Below are positions 58,304-64,000 of a stretch of 64,000 nt of DNA, piece by piece. How positions within the stretch are numbered: position 1 is the first letter of the stretch; each line of letters begins with the position of its first letter. The DNA lies in assembly GCA_963825135.1 (NCBI GenBank), contig CAWGRW010000009.1, forward strand, positions 2,624,001 to 2,688,000, in the 5' to 3' direction. Source of the stretch: an uncultured bacterium (lineage in GTDB: Bacteria > Desulfobacterota_D > UBA1144 > Nemesobacterales > UBA2774). Position numbers and translations under genes: made by a program. The notes beneath the pieces are model-generated. The model was not told the DNA's origin, ran no database searches, and was given only the letters and a program-made list of their open reading frames with translations.

Positions 58304-58673
58304 CTCCAGTCCTCCATAATATTTATTTTTATCCGATGTTTGCTGATCGAATAAATTGGTTTCTATTAGTGATCTTCTGTGATCTTCCGCAAAAAATAAA
58401 GCAAATTAGATTACATCTATGACCATTCTAACACCACTTACAAAAAATTTCACTAGATAATCTTAATATTGTAGATACTTATGTACGAATTAGCCCGCGG
58501 CTCTAAAAACCGTGAGATGCAGGCTGGCTCCCGGTATCACTGATGAGCTCCGGACAAGAGCTCGTCCCGCCGGATGTAGAAGCGGTTCTGATGTATTCCG
58601 AGGTCGTCGCATATCTATCCGGGACAGGCCTTCCGGATAGGCCTTCAGGTACTACTTTTGTCTTCTTTTAGCA

Positions 58674-59336
58674 TCACTCCCCCTCCCCGCTTTCTTCCGG
58701 GGCCTCGGCATCGTCCCCGCCTTCCGCGCCCTCTCCGGCCGGCTCCTCCCTCCGGCGGAGCATGATGAGCTGTATGACCAGGCCGAAGACGCCGAGCCCG
58801 AACCAGATTATGGCCATTCTGTAGAGCTGGTCCTCGCCCAGGGTATTGAGGAACCCGGGGTCGAGCGGGTCGAAGTTCCTGCTGATCAGATATGAAATCC
58901 CCGCAACGGCCGCGTAAGCGCCCCCGAATGCGGTCGCGAGAATCAGCATCGGCTTCTGCAGGACCGCGGCCAGAATTCCTCCGACCGCGCCCGCCGCTAT
59001 GAGGGCTACGCGAAGCGGGGCCGTGTTCAATATTCCGAATATATAGGAGGCCGTCATGAAGCCGAGCGCCGCCCCGATCGCGAATACGCCGACTATATAG
59101 AGCGTGTACGTGATGAAAGCCCCCGCGAGCCCGCCGCCGATTCCGGCGATTATGGATATGATTTCATTCCCGCCCGAAAGCTCGTACCCGAGGCTGCCGA
59201 ATACCACCGCCCCCGCGATAAATCCGAGAACGCCCAGCAGGAACCTCAATATCCTGTAGCCGAAAAAGCACTCGATAAGCCCTATCGCCGCAGCCGCCAT
59301 AATATAGTAGTTATACATATCGCCGTGGAGTTTCAT
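58674..59336 (-). CDS. DUF4203 (TM7S3/TMEM198-like) membrane protein
   Basis: CFFGYR..R....GF.AG, TAF.GA; multiple TM helices. Confidence 0.8.
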   Translation of the reverse strand: MKLHGDMYNYYIMAAAAIGLIECFFGYRILRFLLGVLGFIAGAVVFGSLGYELSGGNEIISIIAGIGGGLAGAFITYTLYIVGVFAIGAALGFMTASYIFGILNTAPLRVALIAAGAVGGILAAVLQKPMLILATAFGGAYAAVAGISYLISRNFDPLDPGFLNTLGEDQLYRMAIIWFGLGVFGLVIQLIMLRRREEPAGEGAEGGDDAEAPEESGEGE

Positions 59337-59479
59337 AGACAGTCACAGGAGAGGGGAACAATCATTTTATTAATCATTTATTCTTGCGTGGCGGCCATTT
59401 ATCAAGCATACATAATGCAGCCGCCTGAACACTTGTCACGACCGGCATGAAGCATGAAAGGGGGCTATCCCCCCCACTG

Positions 59480-60139
59480 TCAGCCCTCCCGGGCCTTCAG
59501 GACCGCAAGCTCGTCGCTCATACGCTCGAGGTCTATCCTCTCGAGGAGAAGCAGAATGAAGAGGAGGGAGCATGCCGCGAGGTTAATCAGGAGCGCGTGC
59601 ATCATTTCCGGGGCTATGCCTCCCCCCCTGGGGCCGAATACGACCGGGGAGATGCCCCTCATGACCCTCACCGAGGCGTAGACGAGCGGAAGGTCTATAA
59701 ACGCGAGTATGCCGAACACGGCCGCGAACTTGGCCTTCTTGGTATCGCTTCCGGCGGAAGACCTGAGCACGAGATAGACGATGTAGAGTATCCACAGTAT
59801 GAACGTCGTCGTAAGCTGTGGGTCCCAGGTCCACCACGTGCCCCATATCGGCTTCGCCCATATGCTCCCCGTCAGTATTGTGATGGTGAGGAAGACCACG
59901 CCGATTTCGGCCGAGCAGTAAGCCAGTATGTCCCACTTCCTCGTCCCCTTCCACAGGTACATAACGCTCGAGACGAACACGAGCGTGAACGCGACGGTTG
60001 CGACCCAGACCGTGCCCATGTGGATGTAGAATATCCTCTGTATGTGGCCCATCCTGGGCTCGGTGGGCGCGTATATGAACGCGGCGTAAAGGGACGCCGC
60101 CATGAGTACGAACGCGAGTACAGCGAGAGCCTTTCTCAT
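59480..60139 (-). CDS. ccmC: Heme exporter protein C
   Basis: RIFYIH, TGSIWAKPIWGTWWTWDP WWD motif. Confidence 0.95.
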   Translation of the reverse strand: MRKALAVLAFVLMAASLYAAFIYAPTEPRMGHIQRIFYIHMGTVWVATVAFTLVFVSSVMYLWKGTRKWDILAYCSAEIGVVFLTITILTGSIWAKPIWGTWWTWDPQLTTTFILWILYIVYLVLRSSAGSDTKKAKFAAVFGILAFIDLPLVYASVRVMRGISPVVFGPRGGGIAPEMMHALLINLAACSLLFILLLLERIDLERMSDELAVLKAREG

Positions 60140-60163
60140 TTTCGGGTTCCTTCCCTTCCTCCC

Positions 60164-60835
60164 TCAGGATTCCTCGATGACGAATTCGAACACGACCGCG
60201 CACGCGGCGATAAAGATTATATCGAATGCTATAAGGAGTTGTAAAGCGGACGCCCCGTCCGTAAGAGGCTTGCCCTCGAGCACGAGGCCCGAGAGCTTAA
60301 CCGCGCTCACTATGAGCGGGATAATTATCGGGAAGAGCAGTATGGGCAGGAGCACCTCCCTCAACCTCGTATTCACGGCCATCGCGGAGAATAGAGTGCC
60401 CACGGATACGAACCCGATCGAGCCCAGGAATACGACGGGGGCGAGCGGCAGCAGAGTGCCCAGGAAATCGAGGTTGAAGAAAAGGACGAACATCGGGACT
60501 ATGATCATCCCGACTATGAAAACGAAAATGGTGCCGCTTATCATCTTGCCGAAGTAGATGAGGCTCCTGTCGGTGGGGGTCAGGAGCAGGCCGAGCACCG
60601 CGTTTCCTTCCTTCTCGAGGGCGAATGAGCGCGAGAGCCCCAGCACGCCCGCGAACGTGAACGTGATCCAGAGCATCGCCGGTACGGCCGGCCTCACGAG
60701 CCCGCCCGAGAAGCCGAAGGCGAAGCTGAAAATAACGGTTACCAGGAGCGAGAACGTAAGCATCGAGGTGAAGAGCTCCTTCGTCCTCATCTCCGTGACT
60801 ATGTCCTTCCTAATGATCGCCCAGACCTTTTTCAA
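60164..60835 (-). CDS. ccmB: Heme exporter protein B
   Basis: KD...E.R.KE, LW....FAG.LGL.RSF..EKE, E.LLPILLFP. Confidence 0.93.
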   Translation of the reverse strand: MKKVWAIIRKDIVTEMRTKELFTSMLTFSLLVTVIFSFAFGFSGGLVRPAVPAMLWITFTFAGVLGLSRSFALEKEGNAVLGLLLTPTDRSLIYFGKMISGTIFVFIVGMIIVPMFVLFFNLDFLGTLLPLAPVVFLGSIGFVSVGTLFSAMAVNTRLREVLLPILLFPIIIPLIVSAVKLSGLVLEGKPLTDGASALQLLIAFDIIFIAACAVVFEFVIEES

Positions 60836-61158
60836 GCCCCGGTGCTCCTCGCAGTCATCATTTTAAACACTTATTCCTGAAAATATCCGGGCCGTACCGC
60901 CGGCCGGAATCCAAATCAGCCCCAAAAACCGGAAAAACAAACGAAAAGAGATATATAAATGTAGTATCACGACAGATTAACTCTCACACATAAAGTCTAA
61001 TATTACTTTTATCAAGCCGATTCCGGACAACTTGGAAATGGAATAGAATACCATATTGATTATATTCGTATCATACGTTATATATGCTTTATATTCTGCT
61101 GTTATTCCATAATATTATGTCACACAAATACTTGAAGTAATCTTGCGAAAACGGCGAT

Positions 61159-61890
61159 TCAATGACCCTCCACCCGGGACAGGTATATCTCCCTGAATTC
61201 GCTTTTTTGAACCCCTTCCCTCCTGCTTTCGTACACTATCCGGCCCCCGGCGAGGATGCCCACGCGGTCGCTCCGGTCAAGCCCCTCCTCGATATTGTGG
61301 GTGGTCATGAGTATGGTCCTGCTGCCGGTCTTGAGCATGGAGAGCATCTCCCCGAACACCCCGGCCCCGTGCTGGTCGAGCCCCGTATATGGCTCGTCGA
61401 GGAGGAGTATCGCGGGGTCGTGGACTATGGCCCTCGCCACGGCGAGCCTCTGCTTCATGCCCCGGCTGAAGTTCCTCACGAGGTCGTGCGCGCGCCTCCC
61501 GAGGCCGACCCGGTCTATCAGCTCCCGGGCCCTATCGTCCGTCCCTGAGACGCCGTAGAGAGCGCCGAAGAACCTGATATTCTCGAAGGCGCTCAGGTTC
61601 TCGTATAGAAAGGGGTCGTGCGAGATTACGCCTATCACCGCCCTCGCCTTCTCGGGGGATTTCACCGCGTCGTGCCCGTTTATAGTCAGCTTCCCCGACG
61701 CGGGCTTCGCCAGCGTGGAAAGTATTTTTATGAACGTCGTCTTCCCCGCGCCGTTCGGGCCGAAGAGGGTATAGAACTCGCCCTTTTTTATTTCGAGGTC
61801 CACCCCCCGGAGCGCTTCGAGCGGACCGAACGATTTGGTGAGACCCTCTGCTTTGATATCCGTTACTATTTGAGCGAATGTTTCCTGCAT
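61159..61890 (-). CDS. ccmA: Heme ABC exporter ATP-binding protein
   Basis: GPNGAGKTT, FSRGMKQR, LDEPYTGLD; upstream of ccmB. Confidence 0.88.
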   Translation of the reverse strand: MQETFAQIVTDIKAEGLTKSFGPLEALRGVDLEIKKGEFYTLFGPNGAGKTTFIKILSTLAKPASGKLTINGHDAVKSPEKARAVIGVISHDPFLYENLSAFENIRFFGALYGVSGTDDRARELIDRVGLGRRAHDLVRNFSRGMKQRLAVARAIVHDPAILLLDEPYTGLDQHGAGVFGEMLSMLKTGSRTILMTTHNIEEGLDRSDRVGILAGGRIVYESRREGVQKSEFREIYLSRVEGH

Positions 61891-61958
61891 GGCGGGACGT
61901 GAAGAAAACTACATTAAAAGGGTGGTTCTTTCAATCGGGGTACGGCACACCCGGGGCG

Positions 61959-62987
61959 TCATTTCAAAAGCGCTTCGGTCCCGCCCAAGAGCTTGACCCA
62001 GTCGGCCATCTCCCTCATACCCTTGTCCATGTCGACAGACGGCTCGTAACCGAGCTCGCGCCTGGCCTTTGCGATCGAATAGCTCCTGCTCCCGGCGAGC
62101 GCGGCCACCGCGAACCTCGTGAGCACGGGGGGCTTCTTCGACTTCCTCGCCCTGTAGACGAGCTCCATGAGCGCTGCCGCGGCGTAGGCGAGCTTATACG
62201 GCACCGAGAAGCCGGGGGTCCAGTCTATGCCCGCCGACTTTAGCTGCCTCTTCAGAAAATCCATGTAGCCTATTTTTATACCGTCGTTGATGAAATAGAT
62301 ATTGCCCGGCGCGCTCGCGCTCCCGGCCGCCAGGACCAGCGCGCGGGCGAGGTTCGAGACGTGACAAGGGGTGACGGTCCTGTCGCCCCGTCCCATCGGG
62401 TGGAGTATCCCCTTCCGGGCGGCTACCGCGACGCGGGGGAGTATCACCAGGTCCCCGGCGCCCCAGACGTTCGAAGGCCTTATGACCGTGGTCTCGAGGC
62501 CTCTATCCTTATAAAAACTCAGGACGAGCCTCTCGGCGTCGGCCTTGGACTCGTTGTAATAGTCGTTGTATTTCTCCCTGTAGGGGTAGGTCTCGTCTAT
62601 GTCGACGAGGTTATGGACACTCAGGAAGTCGGACTTCCAAACGACGGTCGAAGAGCTCATGTGAACGAACCTCTTCACGCCCGCCTTGAGAGAGGCTTCG
62701 AGGAGGGTCCGGGTCGCTTCCACATTATATCTGCGAAACTCATCCCTCTCCCCCCAGTCCGAAACGAGGGCCGCCAGGTGGAACACTACGTCCCCCCCTT
62801 CAGGCAGCCTCTTCAGGCTCCCGGGGTCGCCGAGGTCGCCGTGACAGAGCTCCGCTCCGAGCTCTTTTAACATCTTCACGTCGCTCGTATCCCTCACGAG
62901 GCACTTCACCCCGTACCCCTTCCCCGCGAGCTCCTCGACGAGCCTCCCGCCGATGAACCCCGTACCGCCCGTGACGACGGCTTTCAT
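61959..62987 (-). CDS. NAD-dependent epimerase/3-beta-HSD-like extended SDR
   Basis: TGGTGFIG, VFHLAA, YNESK, IRPS.VWG.GD. Confidence 0.9.
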   Translation of the reverse strand: MKAVVTGGTGFIGGRLVEELAGKGYGVKCLVRDTSDVKMLKELGAELCHGDLGDPGSLKRLPEGGDVVFHLAALVSDWGERDEFRRYNVEATRTLLEASLKAGVKRFVHMSSSTVVWKSDFLSVHNLVDIDETYPYREKYNDYYNESKADAERLVLSFYKDRGLETTVIRPSNVWGAGDLVILPRVAVAARKGILHPMGRGDRTVTPCHVSNLARALVLAAGSASAPGNIYFINDGIKIGYMDFLKRQLKSAGIDWTPGFSVPYKLAYAAAALMELVYRARKSKKPPVLTRFAVAALAGSRSYSIAKARRELGYEPSVDMDKGMREMADWVKLLGGTEALLK

Positions 62988-63133
62988 TGTCGCGCGTCCC
63001 CCTTTTCGGATACCTGCATCATGGCCTCAGCGACTAATATACTTCCAAACGCCGCATACAGTCAAAAGCAGCCGGTCGATGAGGGTTCCGGGGAACCGTA
63101 CACTTGTAATTTTCGGTATCGGTTCAGGGCGAT

Positions 63134-63181
63134 AAAGAAAAAGCCGCATGAACGCATTCGAATCGATGCGTCAATGCGGCT
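63134..63181 (-). terminator. Intrinsic terminator
   Basis: AGCCGCAT..CGCAT../..ATGCG..ATGCGGCT long hairpin followed by a T tract on the minus strand. Confidence 0.7.
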
Positions 63182-63208
63182 GATATTTCATGTCTGAATT
63201 TATTTTCG

Positions 63209-63427
63209 TTATTGAGGGCTTGCCAGCCAGTTCTCCATCCATTCCTTCGTCTTCTCGGCAAGCTCCCTGGAGGAAGTCGAAGAAACCCTGCTCTCGTTTA
63301 AAAAGACCCCCCAGTAAGTAATTGGCGCGTGAGCTTTCGTGATATGAAAGTTTCTGTCATAACCGACGGCTTCCGGCGGACAATCGCAAGACGGCTCGAA
63401 CGTGTAAGGAACAATCTTTATATCCAT
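63209..63427 (-). CDS. Small hypothetical protein (72 aa, CDC motif)
   Basis: AGGAGG RBS, sigma-54 promoter and terminator define a monocistronic unit. Confidence 0.75.
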   Translation of the reverse strand: MDIKIVPYTFEPSCDCPPEAVGYDRNFHITKAHAPITYWGVFLNESRVSSTSSRELAEKTKEWMENWLASPQ

Positions 63428-63494
63428 TAACCATTACCTCCTGTTGAATTTTTTACCACGCAACGCAATCACTGTACCATATAACCAAACTGTA

Positions 63495-63510
63495 TGCAAT
63501 TAGCGTGCCA
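63495..63510 (-). promoter_or_regulatory. Sigma-54 promoter
   Basis: Minus strand TGGCACGCTAATTGCA; IHF-like TTTCAAGGGGTTA nearby at about 63539. Confidence 0.82.
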
Positions 63511-63734
63511 ATATTTATATTAAGCATCACTCTCATGTTTTCAAGGGGTTAGAATCGGTGAGACGCCGGATGCCGGCGATTGAGCTCAAAATATGGTCAC
63601 AAATGCCGTCAATCCGCACGCGGACTTGAACAATGACGCAGAGCATCCCCGAATCATTAGCTAAATGTTAAGATGTTTGACAAGTACCGACTTATAGTAG
63701 AAAATTCAGCTTTTATTTCGAGGAGGTTAGAAAA

Positions 63735-64000
63735 TTGCTTCTACCAAAAAGGGCATTCATCACGAAAGGCGTAGGAAAACACAAGGAGAAGCTTACGAGC
63801 TTCGAAATGGCTCTCAGGGACGCGGGTATCGCCCAGTTCAACCTGGTGAAGGTATCGAGCATATTCCCTCCTAACTGCAAGCTTATATCGCGTACGAACG
63901 GACTAAAGTACCTGAGCCCGGGTCAGATAGTGCACGTCGTCATGAGCGAGAACGCCACTAACGAACCCAACAGGCTCGTGGCCGCGACTACCGGAATTGC
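63735..64000 (+). CDS. pdaD: Pyruvoyl-dependent arginine decarboxylase, 3' truncated by window edge (absent from the ORF track)
   Basis: AGGAGG + TTG; translates MLLPKRAFITKGVGKHKEKLTSFEMALRDAGIAQFNLVKVSSIFPP with the SS cleavage motif. Confidence 0.92.
   Translation, partial: MLLPKRAFITKGVGKHKEKLTSFEMALRDAGIAQFNLVKVSSIFPPNCKLISRTNGLKYLSPGQIVHVVMSENATNEPNRLVAATTGI

Noticed and set aside
58540..58566. CTGATGA-GCTC..GAGC resembling a hammerhead ribozyme core
   Set aside because: The required GAAA after stem II is absent (TCGT follows)
61100..61126. dif-like CATAA/TTATGT sequence
   Set aside because: Only 2 bp between the arms instead of 6

Overview
Bacterial chromosomal window, roughly 55-60% GC by eye, with AT-rich intergenic patches. 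IPTL-CTERM proteins, futalosine MqnC, a CobA/HemD fusion and a CxxxY-type CcmE suggest a deltaproteobacteria-like lineage such as Ca. Dadabacteria (inference). Main blocks: (i) mqnC, glgA, eda, perR/fur; (ii) an accessory patch at 5.8-11 kb with a SLOG-like protein, a DrrAB-type ABC exporter, a dif-like Xer site, a deazaflavin nitroreductase running into a ParD antitoxin relic, and an IPTL-CTERM protein; (iii) a CHAD + ParA-CYTH polyphosphate-type module; (iv) a B12 radical SAM, a Zn-ADH and a MacAB/LolCDE-like exporter; (v) a DosR-regulon-like stress cluster (Hsp20, five USPs, CBS proteins, Rv2004c-like kinase, K+ channel, cytochrome c) with sigma-54 promoters and shared TGT-N11-ACA enhancer-like sites; (vi) a clade II nos cluster (cytc-nosZ-orf-nosB-D-F-Y-L) followed by TetR; (vii) a GT4 pair + ABC flippase, sufS/sufU, cobA-hemD, rsmE; (viii) an interrupted System I* ccm cluster containing a lipoprotein-CcmD fusion and a cytochrome-c fusion protein; (ix) the start of pdaD. 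Five genes show single-base frameshifts, probably assembly errors. No rRNA, tRNA, CRISPR array or intact transposase was recognised. All calls come from motif recognition only; no searches were run.
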